Source: Kiritimatiellia bacterium (lineage in GTDB: Bacteria; Verrucomicrobiota; Kiritimatiellia; RFP12; UBA1067). From it: 64,000 nucleotides of DNA. Shown piece by piece: positions 47,878-56,841 of the stretch. How positions within the stretch are numbered: position 1 is the stretch's first letter; every line of letters starts with the position of its first letter. A program made the position numbers and the translations under genes. The notes under the pieces were generated by a model. That model was not told where the DNA came from. It was given only the letters and a program-made list of their open reading frames with translations, and did no database searches. Location of the stretch: the NCBI GenBank assembly GCA_045537795.1, contig JAZSQE010000016.1, positions 16,968 through 80,967 on the forward strand, written 5' to 3'.

Positions 47878-47925
47878 TTCCCGCCGCCGGTGAATTGCGC
47901 GGCGCCGTATGAAATTAAAATTGTC

Positions 47926-49293
47926 ATGAAAGAAATATTCGCATATATCATAGGTCTCGGTGCGGCGGTGATGATGCCCGTCATCTTCTCCGTGCTTGGG
48001 ATGTGTATCGGAATCAAGCCGGCAAGGGCCGTGAAGAGCGGCCTTTTGGTCGGTGTGGGCTTTGTGGGGCTGGGTGTAGTCACTGCGCTTCTGACGACAA
48101 ATCTCGGTCCTGCGCTCAAGGGAATGACGCAGCTGTATCAGCTCAACCTTCCTTTCTTCGACCTTGGATGGCCCGCCGCCGCGGCTGTCGCCTATTCCTG
48201 CGCCGTAGGGGCGTTCATCATCCCCGTGTGCCTTGGCGTGAATGTCCTCATGCTCGTCATCGGCGTTACGCGCACGGTCAACATCGACCTCTGGAACTAC
48301 TGGCACTTCGCCTTTCTCGGCGCGATGGTGTTCTTCGCCACCGGTTCGCTCGCCTGGGCGTTCTACGCGGCGATCATGCTGTACATAATCACGATGTGCA
48401 TGGCCGACTTCACCGCGAAGGGGTTCCAGACCTATTACAAGGACATGGAGGGTATCTCCATCCCGCAGCCGTTCTGCCAGAGCTTTACGCCGTTCGCCGT
48501 CATGGTGGGCTGGCTTCTTGACCGCATCCCCGGATTCGAAAAGCTCAACATCGACGCGGAAGGTCTCCGCAGGAAGTTCGGTCTTCTCGGTGAGCCGCTC
48601 TTCCTCGGCGTCGTGATCGGTTGCGGAATCGGTGCGCTCAGATGCGATTCGCTCAAGGGTGCGGTCGAATCAATCCCGTCCATCCTCAAGCTTGGCGTGA
48701 CGGTCGGCGCGGTCATGGAGCTCATCCCGCGCATCACCGCGCTTTTCATCGAGGGACTGAAGCCGATCTGCGAACAGACGCGCGGTTTCGTGGAGAAGCG
48801 CTTCTCCGGACTGAAGGGGCTTTCGATCGGCATGTCGCCCGCGCTCGTAATCGGACATCCGACGACGCTTGTGGTGTCGATCCTTCTCATCCCCGTCATT
48901 CTCTTCCTTTCCGTCGTGCTGCCCGGAAACAAGTTTCTGCCGCTCGCGTCGCTGGCGGGAATGTTCTATCTCTTCCCGTGCGTGCTTCCCGTCACGAAGG
49001 GCAATGTCGCGAAGACCTTCATCGTCGGACTCGTCGCGCTTGTCTGCGGACTGTATTTCGTGACAGACTTGACGCCCGCGTTCTCCAAGGCGATTGCCGC
49101 CGCGAATGTGGACGGAATCACCGTTCCGCAGGGGTTTGAAGGCGGGGCGTCCATCGATTTCGCCGCCGCTTTCTGGTGCTGGACGCTCTTCCACCTGACA
49201 GTCACGTTCAAGTGGGTAGGCGCGGCGGTTTTGGCTCTGATCGCCGCCGCCATGTGCGCAATCAATTTCATCCGTATCCGAAGGAGCCGCTAA
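47926..49293 (+). CDS. Stand-alone PTS galactitol-family EIIC (GatC-like) membrane transporter
   Basis: LGAAVMMP, DLGWP, TRTVNIDLWNYWH, EGLKPI; many TM helices; no EIIA/EIIB gene nearby. Confidence 0.88.
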   Translation: MKEIFAYIIGLGAAVMMPVIFSVLGMCIGIKPARAVKSGLLVGVGFVGLGVVTALLTTNLGPALKGMTQLYQLNLPFFDLGWPAAAAVAYSCAVGAFIIPVCLGVNVLMLVIGVTRTVNIDLWNYWHFAFLGAMVFFATGSLAWAFYAAIMLYIITMCMADFTAKGFQTYYKDMEGISIPQPFCQSFTPFAVMVGWLLDRIPGFEKLNIDAEGLRRKFGLLGEPLFLGVVIGCGIGALRCDSLKGAVESIPSILKLGVTVGAVMELIPRITALFIEGLKPICEQTRGFVEKRFSGLKGLSIGMSPALVIGHPTTLVVSILLIPVILFLSVVLPGNKFLPLASLAGMFYLFPCVLPVTKGNVAKTFIVGLVALVCGLYFVTDLTPAFSKAIAAANVDGITVPQGFEGGASIDFAAAFWCWTLFHLTVTFKWVGAAVLALIAAAMCAINFIRIRRSR

Positions 49294-49294
49294 A

Positions 49295-50218
49295 ATGACA
49301 TCATTCATATTCTCCGCCTTGCTCGCCGCCGTATCCGCATATCCGTTCTGCAATGCGGAGGTCTGTCCGGAGCGTCGGGACGATTTCGTGTGGGAGAACG
49401 ACAAGTTCGGCATGCGGGCGTACGGACCGAGGGATGTCAACAAGTGGTCGGGATTCGACGTGTTCAACAAGTCCAATCCGTCCAACGTGTGCCTCAAATG
49501 GTGCCACAGGATAGACAAGGGCAATTTTCACAAGAACCGTGGGGAGGGGATGGACAACTACGCTGTCGGACCTTCCCGCGGTGTCGGCGGCATTGCGGTC
49601 TTCGGCGACGGCGAATGGAAGACTTATCCGAACTGGATATACAGCCGGGTACTCCATGCCGGTCCGGACTACTGTCAGTTTGAACTGGTGTATCCGGCGT
49701 GCTCCAAGGCCGGGAAGATGACGTGCCGCATCACTCTCAGGCGCGGCGAACATTTCTTCCGCAACGATGTGACGTTCGAGAACAAGTTCCCGATAGGGTT
49801 TCTGGCGGGACCGGGACTCGACCTCAATCCGCAGCGAGGACACGCAGGCGATCTGCTCGAAGAGCCTGGAGTCGTATCTCTTTTCGAGAATCCGAAGGGC
49901 GAAGGCGGTGCGGACGGTTCAACAATGACCGCGATATTCGTCTCCCCGGAGGATGCCGACGTGGTGAAGTTCCTGACAGACCATACGGGAAGCAGGGTGA
50001 TTGCGTTCGGCCGCAACAGCTTTACGTATTGGGCTGGCGCAAGCTGGTCGCTGGCCGGGGAGATCGCAGACGCCGCTTCGTGGCATGAAACGGTGCGCAG
50101 GTTTCGGAAACGTGTTCGCCATAACATGGCCGGCAATGGAAAGGCGATTGCGGAAGTGTGTGACGACGTGCATGGAATGCAGGTTGCGGATTTCCGAAAA
50201 ACGGGACAAAATCCATAG
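49295..50218 (+). CDS. DUF4861-family exported protein
   Basis: PERRDDFVWENDKFGMRAYGP, SGFDVFNK, H...GEGMDNYAVGPSRGVGG. Confidence 0.8.
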   Translation: MTSFIFSALLAAVSAYPFCNAEVCPERRDDFVWENDKFGMRAYGPRDVNKWSGFDVFNKSNPSNVCLKWCHRIDKGNFHKNRGEGMDNYAVGPSRGVGGIAVFGDGEWKTYPNWIYSRVLHAGPDYCQFELVYPACSKAGKMTCRITLRRGEHFFRNDVTFENKFPIGFLAGPGLDLNPQRGHAGDLLEEPGVVSLFENPKGEGGADGSTMTAIFVSPEDADVVKFLTDHTGSRVIAFGRNSFTYWAGASWSLAGEIADAASWHETVRRFRKRVRHNMAGNGKAIAEVCDDVHGMQVADFRKTGQNP

Positions 50219-50264
50219 AGGTGGTTTTGGCTGCCTCTCTAACAAAAACAAAAGGGAGCCTGAT

Positions 50265-52091
50265 ATGATGGACAGGTTGCAGTCTCGAAAGTTTCTGGGC
50301 GGAGGTCGTGCCGTGCGCGGCATTCTGCTGGCTTTGACGTGTGGCGTGTGCGTATGCGCATTGGCGTCGCCGCTTGACGGATTGCGTCCGCATCCGCGGC
50401 TCTTCACGGATGAAGCAGGCTTTCGGGACATCAAATCCCGCATGTCCGGAGATGAAGTGCTCGCCGGTTGCGCCGCCGGGGTGAAAAAAGCGGCAGATGA
50501 TTTTCTCAAGGTGGAACTTCCTGTCAGGCGCATAAAAGACGGACGGCGCCTGGCGCCGATCCATACGGATGTGCTCAAGCAAGTGACGGCCCTGTCGATG
50601 GCGTATCGTCTTTTCGGAGATGCGAAACATCTTGAAAAAGCTCAAGCCATCATGTGTGCAGCTGCGCGTTTTTCGGATTGGAACCCTTCGCATTTTCTGG
50701 ATACGGCGGAATTGTCCTTCGCGCTCGCATTGGGGTACGACTGGCTCTATTCCGATCTTGCACCCGACGCCAGAAGGCAAATCCGCGCCGCAATCGTGGA
50801 AAAGGGCCTTGACGCCTCGATTGCGGTTCCCGAGCCACGCAGGAGTCTGAGCAATTGGGGACAGGTGTGTTCCGGGGGGATTGTGGCGGCGGCACTGGCT
50901 GTGGCGGAAGACGAACGCGAGAAATGCGAAGGTATTCTCGCAGATGTCAAAAAATGGATGCCGGAAATCATGAAGATGTATCTTCCCAACGGCTCCTATC
51001 CGGAAGGTCCGGAGTATTGGAGGTACGGTACCGGATACAATGTGATCTTGATTGCCGTTCTTGAGAGCGCGCTCGGAACGGATTTTGGATTTGCTTCGAT
51101 GCCCGCGTTCGAGATGACGGGTTCGTATCCAGATCTGCTTACGGGACCTGCGGGCGAATTTTACAATTACTCAGACAACAGGGTGAAGCGCATCCCGTCC
51201 TGGTATGTCTGGTGGTTCGCACAGCGTTACGGCAAACCGGGCATGGTGGATCTGTTCGAAAGGGCTGCGCTCGAGAAATGCCTCGCCCGGCAGGAGGCGG
51301 ATACTGTTTCCCCGATGATGTTGTTCTGCTATTTCCCCCGGAAGGGGACGCCGGCGGTGGATCTGCCGTTGGCCTGGAGGGCGGGCGGAGAGACCGATCT
51401 TTCCGTCCAGCGCTCTTCATGGAATGCCGATGCGCGTTATGCCGCGATCAAAGGCGGGAAAACAGTCAGCCCTCACGGGCACATGGATGGTGGGTCGTTC
51501 ATCTACGAATCGAAAGGCGTTCGCTGGGCCTGCGATCTTGGGCGTGAAGAATACGCAAAAGCCGAGCATGCCATTGGCATGGAATTCTGGCGATACAAGG
51601 AAGGGTCTGGCCGCTATAAAGTGTTCCGTTTGAGCGCAAATGCGCACAATACGCTTGTGCTGGACGGCAGTGCGCATTGCGCGACCGGTGAAGCGAGAGT
51701 TGTCTCCCTCACTCAAGGGCCTCTGTCGGAATCGGTTGTCGACATGTCGGAGCTGTTCACCAATGCCACCAAGGTCGTCCGGAAGGGGATTATGCTTGAG
51801 GATGGCTACCGGGTGGAAGATAGGGTGGAGGGGCTTCGCGCAGGTGCGCCAATCAGGTGGTCTATGTACACCAAGGCGAAAGTTGAATGCAAAGGCGACC
51901 GTCTCGTACTGAAAGAGCGTGGACAGACGCTTGAAATGACGAGAGGAACACCTTCCGGCGCTTCCGCATGGAAGGTGGAGAAGGCGCCGCGCGGAGCGGA
52001 TTGGGAAACCCCAAACGACGGATTTTCGAGGATATCGTTTGTCGTACCCTCCAATCCGCGAGGTACGGATTTCAGTGTTACATTCAAATAG
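50265..52091 (+). CDS. Heparinase II/III-like polysaccharide lyase (PL35-like)
   Basis: HPRLF, WNPSHFLDTAE, NWGQVC, YPEGPEYWRYG, HGHMDGGSF, AHNTL. Confidence 0.85.
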   Translation: MMDRLQSRKFLGGGRAVRGILLALTCGVCVCALASPLDGLRPHPRLFTDEAGFRDIKSRMSGDEVLAGCAAGVKKAADDFLKVELPVRRIKDGRRLAPIHTDVLKQVTALSMAYRLFGDAKHLEKAQAIMCAAARFSDWNPSHFLDTAELSFALALGYDWLYSDLAPDARRQIRAAIVEKGLDASIAVPEPRRSLSNWGQVCSGGIVAAALAVAEDEREKCEGILADVKKWMPEIMKMYLPNGSYPEGPEYWRYGTGYNVILIAVLESALGTDFGFASMPAFEMTGSYPDLLTGPAGEFYNYSDNRVKRIPSWYVWWFAQRYGKPGMVDLFERAALEKCLARQEADTVSPMMLFCYFPRKGTPAVDLPLAWRAGGETDLSVQRSSWNADARYAAIKGGKTVSPHGHMDGGSFIYESKGVRWACDLGREEYAKAEHAIGMEFWRYKEGSGRYKVFRLSANAHNTLVLDGSAHCATGEARVVSLTQGPLSESVVDMSELFTNATKVVRKGIMLEDGYRVEDRVEGLRAGAPIRWSMYTKAKVECKGDRLVLKERGQTLEMTRGTPSGASAWKVEKAPRGADWETPNDGFSRISFVVPSNPRGTDFSVTFK

Positions 52092-52124
52092 GCATTTAAA
52101 GCAGGACATTAAAGGAACAAAATC

Positions 52125-55100
52125 ATGATAAGAGTAGATGACATCAGCGCGGAAAAAAGGAATGGTATGCGTGCATTCGCGGGGCGAATGACGCATATTG
52201 CGGGGATTGTCGCGGCCTCTGGACTTCTTGCGGCGGGGATGTCCGCTTCCGCGTCTGCGGCGGAAGTTCGCTGGACGGCGCAAGGTGGAAGCCGGGCGAT
52301 GTCGGATTCTATGAACTGGGCTACCGCCGTAAATTTTGGAGACGGAACGGATACTGTAGTTTTTGGAGATGCCGGAAACCTGGCGCAGGCCGATAACCAT
52401 GTTTTGCTCAAGGGCTTGAAATTTGATATCGCAAACGCTTTTGAGCTTTCGGCGACGGATGGAGGCTCTGTCACGCTTGGAGAGGGCGGCATCACGGCGG
52501 GCAATCAGAAGGGGTACAAGATTTCGGCCCCCGTCAATATTGCGGCCAATCAAACGTGGTCTCTCGGAGATAAAGAGTATCCGGGGTTTTTGGTGTCGGG
52601 ACCGCTGAATTCGACGTGGAGTTTTTCGTTGACGAAAACGGGGAATGGGACGCTTGCTGTCTCCGGCGGCGGCACGTACACTGGCGATATCCGTCTTGAC
52701 GGGGGCTCGATCCTGCTTCGCGGTGAAAATCCCTTTGGTTCGGGTGAGGGCACCTTGCATATTGCATCCCACCGAACCTTGATATTGGAAAGCGCAAAGG
52801 TCAACAAAAAGATCGAGTTTGCCTGCCCCACTGGTACTGATTACAGCTCGGATACCGTATTGAGCGTGTCCGGGACTGGAGACTCTGTACTGGAATCGGG
52901 TTTGTCGTTCACTGGCAGCAACTACTTGCGGATAAACTCCTACAACAAAGAAAGCCGCTTGACGATCAAGTCGGGGGTGTCTGGGAGCGGAGTCCTATCG
53001 ATGTATCCCGTTAAAGGGGCTTCGTATGTGTTTGATGCTCCTGTGAGATTGGAAAAAAACTTGGTGTTTCATGTCTATAACCCTGAAAACAACAGGGGGT
53101 CGGACGGTTTTATCGGACTTTACGAATTTGCGGCGGAAGGTAATACGATGCCAGCGTTTGGCCATGCTGACAGCGACAAGCGTTTTACCTGCAGCAAACT
53201 GAGCACGACGGTTGATTGGGCGTTTGACAATGCCGATATGAAGATGGTATTTGGATACGGTTCCGTCTGGGATCTCTGCGGCACGTCCCAGCGTGTCGGT
53301 CGATTGGATTTCTACAGTGGCGCTGGAGCTGATTCGATAATAACCAACTCCTCCGCAGTCAACGCCAAACTTTATCTCGTGCCTAATGCCAATAAGACTC
53401 CGTCGGTTGTATTCGGTGGCTATCTGTCGGTTGATATCACGGCCAGCGCTGATTCCGTAACGACCATTCTGACAAATGCAATGACGGCCACGGGAGAGTT
53501 GAGCATCGGCAAAGGAACGCTCGCATTCGATTTCGACGGTTCCTGGACGCAGGCATTGAAGGTGACTGTTGCATCCGGAGCGGCGCTGCGTTTCGGCGCG
53601 AAAAATGTTTTTGGTGAAGGCACTGAACTTGTCCTTGGGAGAGATGCCAATTTGCTGTTCCCCGTAGCAGGTGACGGATCGGTAGTTACTCAGAAGGTTG
53701 GGTTCCTTTCGAAAGACGGAACTTCCATGCCGCGCGGCTTCTATGAATTTGACGGAGGCGTGCTGAAAGTCGAGTATTCGGGACGGAAAGACATTGTTGC
53801 TGGAGAGCTTGCTCTTTCAGCAGGGGAAAGTTTCACTCTTGATGAATCTGTTCGCTGCGAAAAGTTCGATAAAATCACTCTTGGCGACAGATCACGCCTC
53901 GAGATGACGACATCCGCCTTTTTCAAAGACAATGCGGAGTTTATTCTGACATTGGGCGAAGGGAGCGTTCTCGATCTTTTGGAGAACGTCGATCTGTATG
54001 CGGTGTCCGTCACGGTGAACGGGGTTTCGATAGTGCCCGGAAGCTATACTGCGGCCAATGCCTCTTGGATTTCCGGTGAGGGACACGTGTTCATTCCGTA
54101 CGGAACAATTACGGGAAGCAACGTCGAATGGACGGCACAAGGGGCTGACGATTTGATGTCCACGCCTGAGAATTGGGCGTCTCCAGTCAATCTTGCGGAC
54201 GGATCGCTTTATGGCGTTTTCGGGAAAGGCGAATCGGCAGCCATTTCGGGCGAAAAGTTCCTGAACGGCATGTCGTTCTGCTCCGGCGGGGATTTTTCGA
54301 TAGCGCCCACGGACGGCACCGCTCTTCTGAAATTGGCGACAGGCGGCATTTCCGTGACCGGGAATGGAGCGGTCTCGCTTTCCGTCCCGGTTTGTATAGA
54401 CGGTACCCAAATCTGGTGCGCTGATGCTGATCTTATGGTTTCCTCTCCGGTGGATTCCGATTCTCTTGCCCGGTATTCGATCAGAAAAACCGGTGACGGG
54501 AAACTGTCGCTTTGGGGTGGTGGCAGTTTCGCCGGTGACATTCACTACGATGGCGGAAATCTCGAATTCGGCGGAGATACGGTGTTCGGTGACTCCAAAG
54601 CCGGGGGGACTGTTTACGTCTCGCCTCTGAAAGATCTTGTGCTGAACGGATGCGTCCTCAATAAATCTGTAATGTTCAATATCGACAACCATACCCAATG
54701 GGCTGGACATTCGCTTTCTTTTGGGAAGGGGGGAAATACGGTATCCGGCAAGGTTTCGTTCGGGAACAGAAATTTATGGATCAATTTGAAGAGCGGTTCC
54801 GATTCCGTGCTGTCTGGTGGATTGGAGGATAAAAATCCATCTGATGTTGGCTATGTATATATCTTTGCATATTCGGGTGGCAGACTGACAATTGCGGACA
54901 AGCCTGTGCGTACGGTGAACATGAGATACAAAGTCGATTTGAATAAACCCGATCTCGACAAGGACGGATATTCTGGTTATCTGACGTTCGCCGTCGCAGG
55001 CAACAGAATATCGCAGCTTGGTCGTAGAGACGGTGGTGAAACTCTAAACTACTGTTTTTTGAGTACGACTGTCGACTGGGCGTTTGACAATCCCGGCATG

Positions 55101-55649
55101 AAAATGGTTTTCGGACGCAATTCCGTATGGGATATGTGCGGCACATCCCAGCGCGTGGGACATCTTGATACAGTGCAGCCGAGTTACAATTGGGAGAAAT
55201 TGACGGTGATCACTAATTCCGCTGAAACTGCCGCAACGTTATATTCGACGCCAAGTGCCGATTCTACACTGTTTGTCCGTATGGGCGGCAAACTCTCCGT
55301 GGCTTTTTCGGGCGACAAGAAAACCGTTGTCGCACATGCAATGGAGGCTCAGGGCGCTCTCTGTGTGGATGGAGGAAATCTCGAATTCGCCTCTGGCGGT
55401 TCCTGGCGTCAGGCAACGGATGTTGCGGTGAGGGGGTCCGGCAAGATTACGCTTGCGACCAGTCGCGTGTTCGACAAGAAAGTGCGCATGGAACTGGATT
55501 CGATGGATTCTTTGGATATCGCATCGGGAATCGGTGTGCGTGTCGCTTCGCTCGTTGTGGGCGGAGTCGAAATGCCGTCGGGCGACTATCCCGCAGGAAG
55601 CGGTACGTTGTCCGTCGGGACGGTGGCCATGCGCATTATCGTGCGCTGA
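52125..55649 (+). CDS. Large secreted passenger-like protein with autotransporter-associated repeats and an internal duplication
   Basis: Signal peptide (start may be 52167 or 52188); LTKTGNGTLAVSGGGTYTGDI and IRKTGDGKLSLWGGGSFAGDI; no barrel; ends AMRIIVR. Confidence 0.82.
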   Translation: MIRVDDISAEKRNGMRAFAGRMTHIAGIVAASGLLAAGMSASASAAEVRWTAQGGSRAMSDSMNWATAVNFGDGTDTVVFGDAGNLAQADNHVLLKGLKFDIANAFELSATDGGSVTLGEGGITAGNQKGYKISAPVNIAANQTWSLGDKEYPGFLVSGPLNSTWSFSLTKTGNGTLAVSGGGTYTGDIRLDGGSILLRGENPFGSGEGTLHIASHRTLILESAKVNKKIEFACPTGTDYSSDTVLSVSGTGDSVLESGLSFTGSNYLRINSYNKESRLTIKSGVSGSGVLSMYPVKGASYVFDAPVRLEKNLVFHVYNPENNRGSDGFIGLYEFAAEGNTMPAFGHADSDKRFTCSKLSTTVDWAFDNADMKMVFGYGSVWDLCGTSQRVGRLDFYSGAGADSIITNSSAVNAKLYLVPNANKTPSVVFGGYLSVDITASADSVTTILTNAMTATGELSIGKGTLAFDFDGSWTQALKVTVASGAALRFGAKNVFGEGTELVLGRDANLLFPVAGDGSVVTQKVGFLSKDGTSMPRGFYEFDGGVLKVEYSGRKDIVAGELALSAGESFTLDESVRCEKFDKITLGDRSRLEMTTSAFFKDNAEFILTLGEGSVLDLLENVDLYAVSVTVNGVSIVPGSYTAANASWISGEGHVFIPYGTITGSNVEWTAQGADDLMSTPENWASPVNLADGSLYGVFGKGESAAISGEKFLNGMSFCSGGDFSIAPTDGTALLKLATGGISVTGNGAVSLSVPVCIDGTQIWCADADLMVSSPVDSDSLARYSIRKTGDGKLSLWGGGSFAGDIHYDGGNLEFGGDTVFGDSKAGGTVYVSPLKDLVLNGCVLNKSVMFNIDNHTQWAGHSLSFGKGGNTVSGKVSFGNRNLWINLKSGSDSVLSGGLEDKNPSDVGYVYIFAYSGGRLTIADKPVRTVNMRYKVDLNKPDLDKDGYSGYLTFAVAGNRISQLGRRDGGETLNYCFLSTTVDWAFDNPGMKMVFGRNSVWDMCGTSQRVGHLDTVQPSYNWEKLTVITNSAETAATLYSTPSADSTLFVRMGGKLSVAFSGDKKTVVAHAMEAQGALCVDGGNLEFASGGSWRQATDVAVRGSGKITLATSRVFDKKVRMELDSMDSLDIASGIGVRVASLVVGGVEMPSGDYPAGSGTLSVGTVAMRIIVR

Positions 55650-55716
55650 CGGCGCAGCGCAGACTCGATTTATGAGGCAAACCAATAAAAATTGAAACAA
55701 ATAAGGATCAAGGAAA

Positions 55717-56841
55717 ATGCGAAAGTTGTTGATTGTTCTGGCGGCGGCGTTCTGTGTGTTGGCGGTGTGTGCGGCTGAAAGGTGCGAAGAGGCGCAGTAT
55801 TGGGATCACAGCGTGGATGAATTTCCGGCGCTGCCCGGCGAGACCGACGACCAACCGCGCCTCCAGCGGGCCGTGTACGCTTGCGCCAACAAGGTGCTGT
55901 TCGTGCCGGCCGGCGACTACAAGTTCGACAAGACACTCATCGTCACAAACTTCTGCTCCGTGCTGATGCACAAGCGTGCGCGTTTTATCGCGGAAAAGCC
56001 CATGGAGTATGTTGTAAAGGTGAACTTCTCGCCGCTCTACAAGCCGGTGTTCAAGCCGTGGGAAATCATGGACTTCGGAAATTTCTTCAAAGGCGGTCGG
56101 ATCGACGGACGCGGAATCGCCTCCTGCATGTCAATCCATGGCTACTTCCATTTTACGCTCCGCGATGTCTGCTTCCACAACGGCAAGGTGTTCGGACTGC
56201 GCGTGAAGGGCGATTCCGGGCCGGGCGGCTGCGAACTGAACGCAAGCAATCTCCATTTCGTGAACAAGGTGAAGGGGAATGCCGGCAATACTGCGATAAA
56301 GGTGACGGGATGCGACGACCACTTCACCGACTGCTGGTCGATGGACTACACCGTGGGCTTCGACATTGAGGGCAGTTCCAACTTCCTGACGCGTTGTCAT
56401 GCATACGGCGGCGTCATGCCGGCGCCCACTCCCGGCGAGATGCCTGAATACCTCAAGGATTCGATTGGCTTTAGAATCCGCCATTCGAGCAACGTTCTTC
56501 TGCGCGACTGCTATTCCGACACCGCCAGCACGGGCTATCTTGTCGAAGGATGGGAAGTGCGCATTCTCGGATGCTGCTACTTCTACAACGGGGGCATGAT
56601 CAAGAAGGTGAAGCCGGAGAACCGCGACAAGTTCGTGGTGTTCAAGCAGCCGGTAGGAACGATGCTCGTGGCAGACGGCATGGTTGTCAAGAACCTTAAG
56701 GATACCGTCATTTACGATGGGAACGGGAATGCCCGCTTCCGCGATATGGTCTATTGCGGCAAGGGTCTTGTGAAGGGTGAGGACCGCCCGGGCGAGTGTG
56801 TTTTCAAAACGGAGAATGTGAGAGATGTCAAACTGCTGTGA
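55717..56841 (+). CDS. Secreted pectin-lyase-like right-handed beta-helix protein
   Basis: Signal peptide; GETDDQPRLQRAV...LFVPAGDY (pectate_lyase_3-type cap); GGRIDG. Confidence 0.75.
   Translation: MRKLLIVLAAAFCVLAVCAAERCEEAQYWDHSVDEFPALPGETDDQPRLQRAVYACANKVLFVPAGDYKFDKTLIVTNFCSVLMHKRARFIAEKPMEYVVKVNFSPLYKPVFKPWEIMDFGNFFKGGRIDGRGIASCMSIHGYFHFTLRDVCFHNGKVFGLRVKGDSGPGGCELNASNLHFVNKVKGNAGNTAIKVTGCDDHFTDCWSMDYTVGFDIEGSSNFLTRCHAYGGVMPAPTPGEMPEYLKDSIGFRIRHSSNVLLRDCYSDTASTGYLVEGWEVRILGCCYFYNGGMIKKVKPENRDKFVVFKQPVGTMLVADGMVVKNLKDTVIYDGNGNARFRDMVYCGKGLVKGEDRPGECVFKTENVRDVKLL

Noticed and set aside
50001-50264. Long N-terminal extension of the lyase ORF in the track
   Set aside because: Overlaps the DUF4861 gene; a GGGAG RBS and signal peptide support the start at 50265.
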